A DNA stretch of 64,000 bases from Acutalibacteraceae bacterium (lineage in GTDB: Bacteria > Bacillota > Clostridia > Oscillospirales > Acutalibacteraceae): assembly GCA_045538015.1 (NCBI GenBank), contig JAZSQO010000008.1:1759-65758 (forward strand). The letters run 5' to 3'. Shown here piece by piece: positions 1 through 9,455 of this stretch (within the stretch, counting starts at the first letter, position 1; each line of letters begins with the position of its first letter). Position numbers and translations under genes: made by a program. The notes under the pieces were generated by a model. It had not been told where the DNA came from. It searched no databases and was given only the letters and a program-made list of their open reading frames with translations.

Positions 1-1
1 G

Positions 2-1642
2 GTGGTGCTGCTGCTCACCGGCAATGTGCTCAATTCCATGTACATATGGGATGTGGAGATAAAGCTGGCCATGGACAGCGGCAAGCCCATCATCCCCATC
101 GCCTTTGACTTCCCCGCCTCAAAATACGCCGTGGTAGAAGAGCGGCTGGGCGGCGAAGGCACCCACATAATCAACTGGCCGGGCGGCGACGATGACACGC
201 CCCAGAGCGAGCCGGAATTCAACGACGCCCTGAGCCGCGTTCTGGACGGACTGGCGGTCAGCTCCTCCCTCTCTCAGGAGATAGTCAAGCTCCGTCCGGT
301 CATGGACAGCGGCACCTCTCTCATCTACATCACGCCCTATCAGTGGTACCTGATGGGCTGCGCGTGGCTGCAGGGCATCGGCGTGGCAAAGGACACCGCC
401 AAAGGCATCGACCTGCTGGAGTCGGTGGCCTATTTCTCCGTGGAGGGCGAGGATGTGCGCGCCCTGCGCTGCAAGGCGGCCAACGCCCTTTTTTCCTATT
501 ATTATGACCTGCACAAGAGCGATCCCGACACCTACGGCCTCAAGGAGTGCCGCAAATACGCCGAGCTGGGCACCGAGCTGGGCGACGCCGAGCTGACCTA
601 CCGCCGGGGCTATATGTACCGCACCGGCCGGGGCGCCGGACGGGACATCGACAAGGCCGCCCAGCTGTACACCGCCGCGGCGAAGCTGGGCAGCGCCAAG
701 GGCCAGTGCGCCCTCGGCATGATGCACCGCGCGGGTGACGGCGTGGCCAAGGACAACGCCAGAGCCTTTGAGCTGTTCACCCTCTCCGCTGCTCAGGGCA
801 GCGGCGACGCCATGTGGAACCTGGCCGAAATGTACGACGGCGGACTGGGCGTTGAGAAGAACGAAGCCCTCGCCGAGGAGTGGTACATCAAGGCCGCTCA
901 GCTCAACGGCGGCGCCGCCATGCGCCGTCTGGGCGACCTTTTTGAAAAGGACAAGGATATGGCCGCCGCCTTCAAGTGGTATTACAATTCCGCCCAGCAG
1001 GGCGACAGCATCGCCATGCGCAACCTCGGTGATATGTACCGCAAGGGCATCCATGTGGCTCAGAACCACGGCGAGGCCTTCGGCTGGTATTTCAAGGCCG
1101 CTTCTCTGGGCAATTTCGTGGCCATGCGCCGTCTGGGCATCATGTTCCACCGCGGCTTCGGTGTGGATGTGAATATCGAAAAATCCGAGGAGTGGTTCGA
1201 GCGCTCCGCCGACTTCGGCGGCATCCGCGCCATGACCTCCCTCGGTCAGCTCTACTACAACGGCAAGTACATAAACGGCGACATCCACAAGGCCATCGGC
1301 TGGTACGAAAAGGCCGCCGCTCTGGGCAGCCCCGAGGCCTTCCGTATGCTGGAAAAGCTGAAGCAGGAGGTTCTGCTGGGCTATCACGAGGAAAACACTG
1401 CCGAGGCGGAGACTGTGTCTGAGCCCGTATGCGAGACTGTGACCGAAGCCGCGCCCGTTCCCGCTCAGCCCGAGCCGGCAAAGGCCGCTCCGGTGGCCGA
1501 AAATCAGCCCGCTCCCGTGGCTGTTTCTCTGACCCGCAAGGAAATCAAGGCGGCACAAAAAGCGGAAAAGCAGGCGCAGAAAGAGGCGGCAAAGGCCGCA
1601 AAGCAGGCCGCCAAAGAGGCAAAGAAAGCCGCTCGCCGCTGA
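2..1642 (+). CDS. TIR-domain / Sel1-like repeat protein with Lys/Ala-rich basic tail. The TIR is C-terminal half only because the gene runs off the 5' edge.
   Basis: The frame is open from the window edge. 'VLLLTGNVLNSMYIWDVEIKLAMDSGKPIIPIAF' aligns by eye with the distal half of the two TIR domains in 58111-61026. Many Sel1/SLR units follow (e.g. 'AAQLYTAAAKLGSAKGQCALGMMHRAGDGVAKD'). A Pro/Ala linker and the tail 'KAAQKAEKQAQKEAAKAAKQAAKEAKKAARR' end the protein. Confidence 0.75.
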   Translation: MVLLLTGNVLNSMYIWDVEIKLAMDSGKPIIPIAFDFPASKYAVVEERLGGEGTHIINWPGGDDDTPQSEPEFNDALSRVLDGLAVSSSLSQEIVKLRPVMDSGTSLIYITPYQWYLMGCAWLQGIGVAKDTAKGIDLLESVAYFSVEGEDVRALRCKAANALFSYYYDLHKSDPDTYGLKECRKYAELGTELGDAELTYRRGYMYRTGRGAGRDIDKAAQLYTAAAKLGSAKGQCALGMMHRAGDGVAKDNARAFELFTLSAAQGSGDAMWNLAEMYDGGLGVEKNEALAEEWYIKAAQLNGGAAMRRLGDLFEKDKDMAAAFKWYYNSAQQGDSIAMRNLGDMYRKGIHVAQNHGEAFGWYFKAASLGNFVAMRRLGIMFHRGFGVDVNIEKSEEWFERSADFGGIRAMTSLGQLYYNGKYINGDIHKAIGWYEKAAALGSPEAFRMLEKLKQEVLLGYHEENTAEAETVSEPVCETVTEAAPVPAQPEPAKAAPVAENQPAPVAVSLTRKEIKAAQKAEKQAQKEAAKAAKQAAKEAKKAARR

Positions 1643-1698
1643 ATTCCGCACTGAACGACTGACCGGTTATTGTGCGCTCGACGGAAGACGGATGAAAC

Positions 1699-1845
1699 GG
1701 GCGGATATAGAATCCGCCCCTACGGAGCAAGCCGAAGGTTTTGCGGCGGACTCCCCAAAATATTTCTTATATTATTTATTCTATATTCTATATTCTTTAA
1801 CGGACTGACCGCACTGAGGTAACCTCCGCTGGAATCCGCCCTAAC
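1699..1845. repeat. Mosaic intergenic repeat, copy 1 (hairpin P1 + linker + AT-rich block + tail)
   Basis: P1 'gggcggatatagaatccgcccctac' is at 1699-1723, followed by linker 'ggagcaagccgaaggttttgcggc'. The AT block 'aaaatatttcttatattatttattctatattctatattctttaacgg' is at 1757-1803. The same modules recur at 7018, 16571, 31071, 32446, 36668 and 37404. Confidence 0.85.
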
Positions 1846-1897
1846 AAAGGATATACGCGCCCTTTTCTCAAGGGTGCCGCCGAAAGGAGCATTCATC

Positions 1898-3196
1898 ATG
1901 CCCAACCAAAGCAAAACTGTAACCATCCTCACCCGGCCCACCCGGGAGGATACCCGCCGGGCCATCGAGCTTTCCTTCGCCCAAAAGCCGAAAATCAAGG
2001 TGAAAGGCACTCTGCTGGCACTGCTGGGTGCCGCCCTGTGCCTTGTGGCAAGCATTGTGCTTCACGGTCTTGGGCTGGACGATATCTCCGTGATATTCTT
2101 CTCCGCGTCCATTTCCGTGGCCACCATCGCTCTCAGCCGACTGCTGGCAAAATGGCTCACCCTGCTGATCGCCCGGCGCGCCGCGGGCAAGCGGAAGGAG
2201 CGAGCGCTAAAGGATCTTGAGGACGGCCATCATCCCGACATCGTCCGCTGCTTCACCTTTGGGGAGGAGAGCTTCGAAGGCAGCGCTGACCGGGAGTCCG
2301 GCTCGTCGCTTTACAGCGGTATTCACCGCTTCGAGGAGCACGGCGACTGCTTTTTCATTGAAATAGCCACCCTGTGCTATATTATCCCCGCCCGCTTTGT
2401 GAGCGGTGAGGCTTACATCGCTCTGACCGCCCTGCTGAAGGAGCGCTGCCCGTGCTACAAGGTCGTGGAGACCATGCGACTGCCGGGCGAGACAGAGGCA
2501 GTGGAGCTGCCCGCCCCTCCGGAGCCGCTGGCAAAGGCGGAATACACCCTGACCGACGAGGAAAAGGCGCAGGTCATCGAGCTGAGCCCATCCTGCTTCC
2601 CGAAAGCCTCCGCCCGGCTGATAAAGTACGACCTGAGATCCTTCTTTGAATACAGCACTGACTGCCTTGTCGCTCTTTACGAGGACGGCATTGTGCTGCG
2701 CCGCTTCGATTCGGAGCACCGCTATTACTACGGCCAGATCGATGCTGTCACCGATGCCGGGCAGTTTGTGTACATCGTTCTGGAAGGCCAGTGCAGGCTC
2801 TATCCCGTTCCCGTCCGCGCCCTCGAGGACAAGGAAGCCTTCCTCCGCCTGCTGACCGAAATGGCCGAGGCCGACCGTGAGGGCGCCATTCAGGCAAAAT
2901 TCGAGCGCACCGACCTGCCCGATTCCCAGCCCATTGAAGATGCCGACCTGAAAAAGGGCCGCACCCTGCTCAGCGCCCGCTTTGACGGCATGGACATCCT
3001 CTACCGCCGCCGCTTCGGCGTGACCGAGCTGATAATCGACGGCAAGGTGTACGACCGGAGCAAAATGCTCCTCGAAAGAGACCACCGCCTCACCGCCCGG
3101 GTAAAGGGCATCGACTACACCGCCTTTCTGGAGAATCAGTATTCCTTCCTCACGGCGGGAAACCGGCTGCTGCGCTGCAAGCTCCGCGTGATCTGA
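1898..3196 (+). CDS. Hypothetical membrane protein, YcxB-like N-terminal region
   Basis: ATG at 1898 lies 8 nt after RBS aaaggag. There are two TM helices after 'KIKVKGTLLALLGAALCLVASIVL'. The YcxB-like call is by eye only. Confidence 0.6.
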   Translation: MPNQSKTVTILTRPTREDTRRAIELSFAQKPKIKVKGTLLALLGAALCLVASIVLHGLGLDDISVIFFSASISVATIALSRLLAKWLTLLIARRAAGKRKERALKDLEDGHHPDIVRCFTFGEESFEGSADRESGSSLYSGIHRFEEHGDCFFIEIATLCYIIPARFVSGEAYIALTALLKERCPCYKVVETMRLPGETEAVELPAPPEPLAKAEYTLTDEEKAQVIELSPSCFPKASARLIKYDLRSFFEYSTDCLVALYEDGIVLRRFDSEHRYYYGQIDAVTDAGQFVYIVLEGQCRLYPVPVRALEDKEAFLRLLTEMAEADREGAIQAKFERTDLPDSQPIEDADLKKGRTLLSARFDGMDILYRRRFGVTELIIDGKVYDRSKMLLERDHRLTARVKGIDYTAFLENQYSFLTAGNRLLRCKLRVI

Positions 3197-3251
3197 CCGG
3201 ATACAGCCTGATTTCTCATCCGTATCGTTTATATCAATTGCATAATTGTCA

Positions 3252-3280
3252 TTGCATCATCAGCAATTATTTGGTATAAT
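3252..3280 (+). promoter_or_regulatory. Candidate sigma-A promoter of uxuA
   Basis: TTGCAT, 17 nt, TATAAT, with TGG just upstream of the -10. Repeated 'attgcat' half-sites flank it. Confidence 0.5.
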
Positions 3281-3344
3281 AATATTAAACCGTCGCCTCA
3301 ACACAGCGACATCACAGAAAAAACGCAAACGGAGGTAGCTTATT

Positions 3345-4388
3345 ATGTATATGTCCTTCCGCTGGTACGGCGAGGATGATCCCGTTACCCTCAGACAGAT
3401 ATCCCAGATCCCCGGCATGAGAAGCATCGTGTCGGCGGTGTACGATGTTGCTCCCGGCGAGGTATGGCCGGAGGAGAGCCTTGAGCGCATCAAGACCCAG
3501 TGCGAGGCTCATGGCCTTGTGTTCGATGTGGTGGAGTCGGTTCCCGTCCACGAGGACATCAAGCTGTGGCGCAACAATGTGGACGAGCTGGTGGAGGTGT
3601 ACTGCGAGAACATCCGCCGCTGCGCCAAATACGGCGTCAAGTGCATCACCTACAACTTCATGCCGGTTTTTGACTGGACCCGCACCCAGCTTGACCGCGA
3701 GGCTCCCGACGGCTCCACCAGTCTTGTAATGTACTGGGATCAGCTGCGCGGCCTCGATCCCCTCAAGGACGACATCCACCTCCCCGGCTGGGATTCCAGC
3801 TACACTCAGGACGAGGTGCGCGAGCTCATCTCCGCCTACGAGAAGATCGGCGAGGAAGGCCTGTGGAACAACCTTGAGCGCTTCCTCAGGAAGATCATTC
3901 CCGTTGCCGAGGAAGTGGGCATCAGAATGGCCATCCATCCCGATGATCCTCCCTATCCCATCCTCGGCCTGCCCCGCATAATCACCTGCGAGCAGAGTCT
4001 CGACCGCCTGCTGGCCGCTGTGGACAGCCCCGCCAACAGTCTGTGCCTGTGCACCGGCAGCCTGGGCTGCTCGGCCAAGAACGATATGCCCGCCCTTGCC
4101 GCCAAGTACGCGGCAAAGGATCGCATCGCCTTTGCCCACATCCGCAACGTCAGGATCATGGAGGACGGCTCCTTCGAGGAGACGGCTCACCTTTCCGACT
4201 GCGGCACTCTCGATATGTTCGCCATTGCCAAGGCTCTGACCGACAACGGCTTCAAAGGCTATGTGCGTCCCGACCACGGCCGCATGATCTGGGGCGAGAC
4301 CGGCAAGCCGGGCTACGGCCTCTACGACCGCGCTCTGGGCGCCGCCTACATCAACGGCCTGTTCGAGGCCTGCGAAAAGTCAAAGTAA
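3345..4388 (+). CDS. uxuA: Mannonate dehydratase
   Basis: 'SFRWYGEDDPVTLRQISQIPG...ITYNFMPVFDWTRT...HPDDPP...GYVRPDHGR' are hallmark UxuA blocks along the full length. Confidence 0.9.
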   Translation: MYMSFRWYGEDDPVTLRQISQIPGMRSIVSAVYDVAPGEVWPEESLERIKTQCEAHGLVFDVVESVPVHEDIKLWRNNVDELVEVYCENIRRCAKYGVKCITYNFMPVFDWTRTQLDREAPDGSTSLVMYWDQLRGLDPLKDDIHLPGWDSSYTQDEVRELISAYEKIGEEGLWNNLERFLRKIIPVAEEVGIRMAIHPDDPPYPILGLPRIITCEQSLDRLLAAVDSPANSLCLCTGSLGCSAKNDMPALAAKYAAKDRIAFAHIRNVRIMEDGSFEETAHLSDCGTLDMFAIAKALTDNGFKGYVRPDHGRMIWGETGKPGYGLYDRALGAAYINGLFEACEKSK

Positions 4389-4473
4389 AGGCAACACCGC
4401 ACCATTCCCGTTGTTGAACTCAAGCACGATCTTGCCTGAAATAAAATGGCTTCGCCGCAGCGAAGCTTTACCG

Positions 4474-4516
4474 AAATTTATTCTTTATTCTCCATTATTT
4501 ATTATTTATTAAAAAT
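4474..4516. repeat. AT-rich block of the mosaic repeat family (rearranged variant)
   Basis: 'aaatttattctttattctccattatttattatttatt' shares word content with the AT blocks at 7018, 16594, 36682 and 37404. Confidence 0.6.
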
Positions 4517-4550
4517 AACTCACCGGCTGAGTCTTTTCTCAGCCGGTGAG
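4511..4550 (-). terminator. Intrinsic terminator after pduL
   Basis: 13-bp perfect stem ctcaccggctgag / ctcagccggtgag. A T-rich run follows on the minus strand. Confidence 0.75.
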
Positions 4551-4585
4551 TTGTGTTATAATGGCAATCAGTACAGGCTCGTTCC

Positions 4586-5155
4586 TTACGGAATGATCTC
4601 GCCCCAGACCTCGCCGGAGCAGCCGGCGGCGTTGGACTCGTCGGTGTCAATGTGCATGGCGGCGGCGAACTTGGGGCTGACGCGCACAACGACATCACCA
4701 AAGCTCAGGGAACGGCCATTGCTCTCCACCTTGACGGAAACGACCTGCTTGTCCACAAGACCGAAATCGGCGGCCTCGGTGTCAGAGAGGTGGATGTGGC
4801 GCTTGGCGGCGATGACGCCGCAGGGCAGCTCGACCTCACCCGCGGGGCCAACCAGCTTGCAGGCGGGGCTTCCGGCCAGATCGCCGGACTCACGGACGGG
4901 AGCAGCCAGACCCAGCTTGCGGGCATCGGTCAGAGAAAGCTCGACCTGACCGGCGGGACGGGTGGGGCCAAGGATGGAAACACCGGCCATCTCGCCCTTG
5001 GGGCCGACAACGGTCACGCGCTCTTCGCAGGCGTACTGACCGGGCTGGGAAAGATCCTTCTTCTTGGTCAGCTGATGACCCTCACCGAACAGAACAGCAA
5101 GCTGCTCTTCGGTGATGTGGACGTGACGGGCGGAGGTCTCGACAAGAATCTTCAT
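4586..5155 (-). CDS. pduL: PduL-type phosphate acyltransferase
   Basis: 'MKILVETSARHVHITEEQLAVLFG' and the second half-repeat 'VIAAKRHIHLSDTEAADFG' form the duplicated PduL motif. Confidence 0.88.
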   Translation of the reverse strand: MKILVETSARHVHITEEQLAVLFGEGHQLTKKKDLSQPGQYACEERVTVVGPKGEMAGVSILGPTRPAGQVELSLTDARKLGLAAPVRESGDLAGSPACKLVGPAGEVELPCGVIAAKRHIHLSDTEAADFGLVDKQVVSVKVESNGRSLSFGDVVVRVSPKFAAAMHIDTDESNAAGCSGEVWGEIIP

Positions 5156-5298
5156 TTCAGATTTCTCCTCATTAATATTATTTCGGCGCTGTCTGAATAT
5201 TCACGTTCAGATGGCATTCCGAGTCTTTCAGCATAATTGTATAGCAATCGACGGTTTATTTCAAGCTATTTCACTATGATTTTTCGGAGGTGCGCACC

Positions 5299-5871
5299 AT
5301 GAGTGAACTGGAGAGGCTCCGTGAGGAGTGCCTGTCCTGCGATAAATGCCAGCTCTGCGCCACCCGCACCAATGTGGTGTTCGGCGTGGGCAATCCCGAG
5401 GCGGATATCATGTTCATCGGCGAAGGGCCGGGCGAGCAGGAGGATCTGACCGGCCAGCCCTTTGTGGGCCGGGCGGGAAAGCTGCTGGATCTGATGCTGG
5501 ACGCGGTGGGACTTTCCCGGGAGACAAACATATACATCGCCAACATCGTCAAGTGCCGCCCGCCAAAGAACCGTGATCCTCTGCCCGAGGAGCAGGAGAC
5601 CTGCATCGAGTGGCTGAGGCAGCAGGTGGCCATCATGAGGCCGAAGATAATCGTGTGTCTGGGGCGCATCGCCTCGGCCCGAATAATCGACCCGGATATA
5701 AAGATCACCAAACAGCACGGCCAGTTCGTGGAGAAGAACGGCATACTGATGATGCCCATGCTCCACCCCGCCGCCCTGCTGCGCAACCCGAAGCAGAAGC
5801 CCGAGGCCTTTGAGGATTTCCTCCGGCTGCGGGACAAGCTCAAGGAGCTTTCCGGCGGGGAAAACCAGTGA
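5299..5871 (+). CDS. Uracil-DNA glycosylase, family 4
   Basis: 'CxxCxLC...[23 protein letters not shown]..[13 protein letters not shown]...NIVKCRPP' is present. ATG at 5299 follows RBS ggagg. Confidence 0.88.
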   Translation: MSELERLREECLSCDKCQLCATRTNVVFGVGNPEADIMFIGEGPGEQEDLTGQPFVGRAGKLLDLMLDAVGLSRETNIYIANIVKCRPPKNRDPLPEEQETCIEWLRQQVAIMRPKIIVCLGRIASARIIDPDIKITKQHGQFVEKNGILMMPMLHPAALLRNPKQKPEAFEDFLRLRDKLKELSGGENQ

Positions 5872-5923
5872 TTTTTGCCGCAAATCCGTAATATTACATA
5901 AATATAATACGAGGTGTAATGCA

Positions 5924-6961
5924 ATGATAAAGAAAATTCTGGCCGCCTTCTGGGCCGCGATATTCTCCTTCACTCTGCTGCTTCCTCTTGCCGGCTGCGG
6001 CAAGGACAGCACCGACCTGCCTACCGGCACCTTCCCCGTTTCTGTTGCCGGCGTGACCATCGAGCGCCGCCCGGAGACCATCGTCTGCCTGCCGGTCAAC
6101 TACGCCGAGGCCATCGTGGACATGGGCTACACCGACCTGCTGGACGGCCGTCCCGGTGACACCCAGCTGGCTCAGCTGCAGGCCATCCAGCCCTGCGGCA
6201 CCGCCAAAAGCCCCGCCACCGAGAACATCATCAACATGGGCACCGACCTCATCATCGTGGACATGACCACTCCCATCGAGACCCTCCAGCAGTTCTCCGA
6301 CGCGGGCATCACCGTGCTCCAGCTCATCGAGCCCTCCACCCGCACCGGCTTTCTCAATCTTTACCGCTGCTTAGGCACCGCCATGAACGGCAACGGCGCC
6401 GGCTACGACGCCGGCGAGGCCGCCGCTCAGAAGATAATCACCCAGCTGGACACCATCGAGCGCACCGTTATGAACGAAACTCCGGTCAATGTGTGCCTCT
6501 ACACCTCTCCCGAGCTCAACAGCTGCATCACAGGCGATATGTTCCCCAGCTTCCTCATCGAGATGGCCGGCGGCTTCAACATCAACATCGAGTCGGTCAA
6601 CGGCTACTGCGACATGGAGACCATCCTCTACTCCTGCCCGGACATCATCCTCTGCCCCATCGGCGCAGAAAACTATGTGCGCTCCCAGCGTGAATTCAAG
6701 AACTTCGGCGCCATCAACGACAACCGCATCTACGGCTACGACATTTCCCGCTTCGATTCCCTCGGTCAGGATCTGGTTCTGGCCACATGGGAGCTGGCTC
6801 ACCTGTTCCATCCCAGCGTAGTCACCGCCGAGGATCTGCCCTACGGCGCGGTGGACTACTATCCCACCTACGACGGCACCGTCATCGTGACCACCGAGGA
6901 GGAATACAACCAGATGCTCGAAGAGCAGCCCGCCGCCACCGCCACCACAACCGCAAACTGA
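5924..6961 (+). CDS. Lipoprotein, periplasmic-binding-protein (Fe-siderophore/B12-type ABC substrate-binding) fold
   Basis: Lipobox '[10 protein letters not shown]' is present. The family call is by eye and weak. No permease or ATPase gene is adjacent. Confidence 0.5.
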   Translation: MIKKILAAFWAAIFSFTLLLPLAGCGKDSTDLPTGTFPVSVAGVTIERRPETIVCLPVNYAEAIVDMGYTDLLDGRPGDTQLAQLQAIQPCGTAKSPATENIINMGTDLIIVDMTTPIETLQQFSDAGITVLQLIEPSTRTGFLNLYRCLGTAMNGNGAGYDAGEAAAQKIITQLDTIERTVMNETPVNVCLYTSPELNSCITGDMFPSFLIEMAGGFNINIESVNGYCDMETILYSCPDIILCPIGAENYVRSQREFKNFGAINDNRIYGYDISRFDSLGQDLVLATWELAHLFHPSVVTAEDLPYGAVDYYPTYDGTVIVTTEEEYNQMLEEQPAATATTTAN

Positions 6962-6974
6962 CCATAGACGCAAC

Positions 6975-7010
6975 CAGCCCGGAGAGCGGCGAAAGCCGCT
7001 TTCCGGGCTG
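6975..7010 (+). terminator. Hairpin after the binding-protein gene
   Basis: cagcccggagagcggc-gaaa-gccgctttccgggctg, with a weak T tract. Confidence 0.55.
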
Positions 7011-7017
7011 TATCACT

Positions 7018-7180
7018 TTCTTATTTATTATTTATTCCATATTCTTTATTCTTTAACGGGCAATCCGCACTGAGGCCGCCGCTGTTCGTACACGGCACCG
7101 ATTCGCGGGCGGTCAATGATCGCACCTACAAAGGAAACCCGGAGGTTTGTGCAAGGGCAGATATGGGATCTGCCCCTAAG
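7018..7180. repeat. Mosaic intergenic repeat, copy 3 (AT block + hairpin P2 + hairpin P3)
   Basis: The AT block is at 7018-7059. P2 'gggcggtcaatgatcgcacctac' is at 7107-7129. P3 'gggcagatatgggatctgcccctaag' is at 7155-7180. Confidence 0.85.
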
Positions 7181-7224
7181 AAGCAGACCGACGGTTTCGC
7201 TCAAAACCCGGTCATCCCGTCCGC

Positions 7225-7914
7225 TCATCTCCCGCCGGAAACAACCCTCTCAAAAACCCGTGAGATCTCCTCCACCGTCATGCTTTTGAAGATATACGCG
7301 CCGTCTCCGGTGTATTCTTCACCGCCGTCATCCTCCAGCGCCAGAGAGTGGGTGAGCATGGGGTCACAGCCGCGTACACGCACCCGAAACCACACCCGCC
7401 GTCCCTCCTCGGGAGAGCTGTAGGTGGGATACTTCTCCACCTCCCGGGCGGTGTGGTATATCTCAAAATACTCCTCCATCGCCGCCGAGAACCGGGCGGC
7501 AATGCTGTCTGCGCTTTCGCCCGGCTCAAGCAGTATGCCCTCGCCTATGGTCACACTGTCAAAGATAGGCTCAAAGCCCTGCCGTTCCGCGCAGTACATC
7601 AGCACCGACTGGGCGTAGTCGTCCCGGGCGCGCCAGCCGGCAAGACCGTCGCTGATGTCGATAAAGGAAAAGGTCAGGCCGGGATGCTCCACCGCCTCAA
7701 AGGTGTATTCCACCCGCTGATGCTCGGTCTCCTTCACGCCCACCACGGTAAATTCCTCGTCGTAGGCAAGGAGCATTATCTCCTCGGCCTGCTCCCGGGT
7801 GTATGGGCTGCCTCTGCGGCCAAGGATATCCCCCCCGCTGCCCGAGCAGCCGCCGGTCAGACAGCAGAGGATAATCACTGCCGCCAGCAGCGCCGCGATC
7901 ATTCTCCTGCTCAT
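7225..7914 (-). CDS. Hypothetical lipoprotein
   Basis: Signal peptide plus lipobox 'CCLTGGCSGS'. Confidence 0.65.
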   Translation of the reverse strand: MSRRMIAALLAAVIILCCLTGGCSGSGGDILGRRGSPYTREQAEEIMLLAYDEEFTVVGVKETEHQRVEYTFEAVEHPGLTFSFIDISDGLAGWRARDDYAQSVLMYCAERQGFEPIFDSVTIGEGILLEPGESADSIAARFSAAMEEYFEIYHTAREVEKYPTYSSPEEGRRVWFRVRVRGCDPMLTHSLALEDDGGEEYTGDGAYIFKSMTVEEISRVFERVVSGGR

Positions 7915-7932
7915 ATCGCTCGCCCTCCCGCC

Positions 7933-8613
7933 TCACCGGACTGCCATCAGCGCCTCGGCGATGTCCTCGGCCTGTTTTGCCTGCTCCTCCTCGCCGCCGG
8001 CGCGCAGTCCCGCCGCCTTTGTGCGCAGAGAGGACGCCGTCCGGCTGAGATATTCCACCGCCGCCGGGTCGTCACTGCCGATGAGCAGGCCGCCGTACAG
8101 CATGGCCTCGGTGTATGCCACCTGACCGGTATAGCGAACGGCCATGACCGAGTACACCCGTCCTGCGTCTCTGACCGCCTGCTCCCCTTCCACCTCAAAG
8201 CCGTTTTCAAAGAGGTATTCCCGCAGGCGCTCGGCGTGGCTCATGGGCTGGAGTATCAGCCTCAGGGAGCCGTCCTTCACCCAAGGGGCGGCGGAGAGGA
8301 TGGAGGCGATGAGGTCGCCGCCCATTCCGGCGATGACGATGTCGTTCACCTGACCCGGCTGAATGCCCTTCAGGCCGTCGGCCACAATGGCCGTGACCCG
8401 GTCGCCCATGGCGCAGCGCTCTATGTTCTGCCGGGCCCGGCTGATGGGGCCTTCGTTTATGTCGGAGGCGATGGCACCGGGTGCGATGCCCTCCCTGACC
8501 AGCCACACCGGCAGCAGGGCGTGGTCAGTGCCGATGTCGGCCACCACGCTGCCCGGGCGCACGAAGGAGGCGCACACCGCCAGCCGGGGACTGAGTGTGT
8601 ATTGACGGCTCAT
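7933..8613 (-). CDS. trmK: tRNA (adenine22-N1)-methyltransferase
   Basis: 'VADIGTDHALLPVWLV..G....ASDINEGP' is present. ATG at 8613 follows RBS aaagggtgg. Confidence 0.8.
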   Translation of the reverse strand: MSRQYTLSPRLAVCASFVRPGSVVADIGTDHALLPVWLVREGIAPGAIASDINEGPISRARQNIERCAMGDRVTAIVADGLKGIQPGQVNDIVIAGMGGDLIASILSAAPWVKDGSLRLILQPMSHAERLREYLFENGFEVEGEQAVRDAGRVYSVMAVRYTGQVAYTEAMLYGGLLIGSDDPAAVEYLSRTASSLRTKAAGLRAGGEEEQAKQAEDIAEALMAVR

Positions 8614-8688
8614 GGGAACCACCCTTTCTCTGTCAGATAACAAAATAACAAAAGCGGGACCGCGCAGCGCAGTCCCGCAAGTGGTCAG

Positions 8689-8892
8689 TTACTCGCCCTT
8701 GGCGAAGTGCTTGTTGAGCTTCTCAACCAGCTCCTCGCAGCTGACGCCGTGGACGGCGCAGGCCTGCTCGAGGCTTTCGCCGCGGGAAGCGGGGCAGCCC
8801 AGGCAGTGCATACCCATGGCGATGAAGTAGGGAGCGGTGGAGCGGTCGGCATCGAGGATCTCGCCGATGATGCTGTCTTTGGTAACGGTCAT
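8689..8892 (-). CDS. DUF1858 / hybrid-cluster-associated redox disulfide domain protein
   Basis: 'TVTKDSIIGEILD....APYFIAMGMHCLGCPAS' is present, with RBS aaaggag. Confidence 0.7.
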   Translation of the reverse strand: MTVTKDSIIGEILDADRSTAPYFIAMGMHCLGCPASRGESLEQACAVHGVSCEELVEKLNKHFAKGE

Positions 8893-9038
8893 TTTAAGCA
8901 CTCCTTTGCTTTGTAATTATTGTTGAAACACCATGATAATAAAAATATCATGCCCGAAAACATGGGAAGGCGACATGGGAAATGCTCCCCGAAAACCTTC
9001 CGGGGAGCATTCGGTTGTCATGTCAGATCAGTTATCTA

Positions 9039-9317
9039 TTACTGCTCTTCTCTTTTCTTGGCAAAGCACTCGCTGCAATAGACGGGGCGATCCTCACGGG
9101 GCTTGAAAGGAACCTTGGCTTCCTGACCGCACTCAGCGCAGACAGCGATGAAGGTCTCGCGCTCGGGGCGACCGGCGTTCTTTCTCTTGTCGCGGCAGGC
9201 CTTGCAGCGCTGGGGCTCGTTCACGAATCCCTTGCTGTCATAGAACTCCTGCTCGCCGGCAGTGAAAACGAATTCTTCGCCGCAGTCCTTGCAAATAAGA
9301 GTCTTGTCTTCGTACAT
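9039..9317 (-). CDS. Zinc-ribbon (CxxC...CxxC x2) small protein
   Basis: 'CKDCGEEF...CKAC' and 'CAECGQEAKVPF...CSEC' are present, with RBS gaggt. Confidence 0.7.
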   Translation of the reverse strand: MYEDKTLICKDCGEEFVFTAGEQEFYDSKGFVNEPQRCKACRDKRKNAGRPERETFIAVCAECGQEAKVPFKPREDRPVYCSECFAKKREEQ

Positions 9318-9455
9318 GTTGTTTTTACCTCGCTTTGGAATAATGATTTCGCCCACGGACGGCGGTAAACCGTCACCTTTGCCCAAACCGGTGCAATGCT
9401 CTGATTAAGCTACTAGGGCATATATGCGCACAGCCTTCCGGCTGCTTTCGCCTTT

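Noticed and set aside
119-1651. 510-aa minus-strand ORF and nested small ORFs over the TIR-Sel1 gene
   Set aside because: It is antisense to a frame with clear Sel1 repeats, and its composition is low-complexity.
7348-8640. 430-aa plus-strand ORF
   Set aside because: It spans two well-supported minus-strand genes (the lipoprotein and trmK). It has no RBS and Arg/Gly/His-rich composition.
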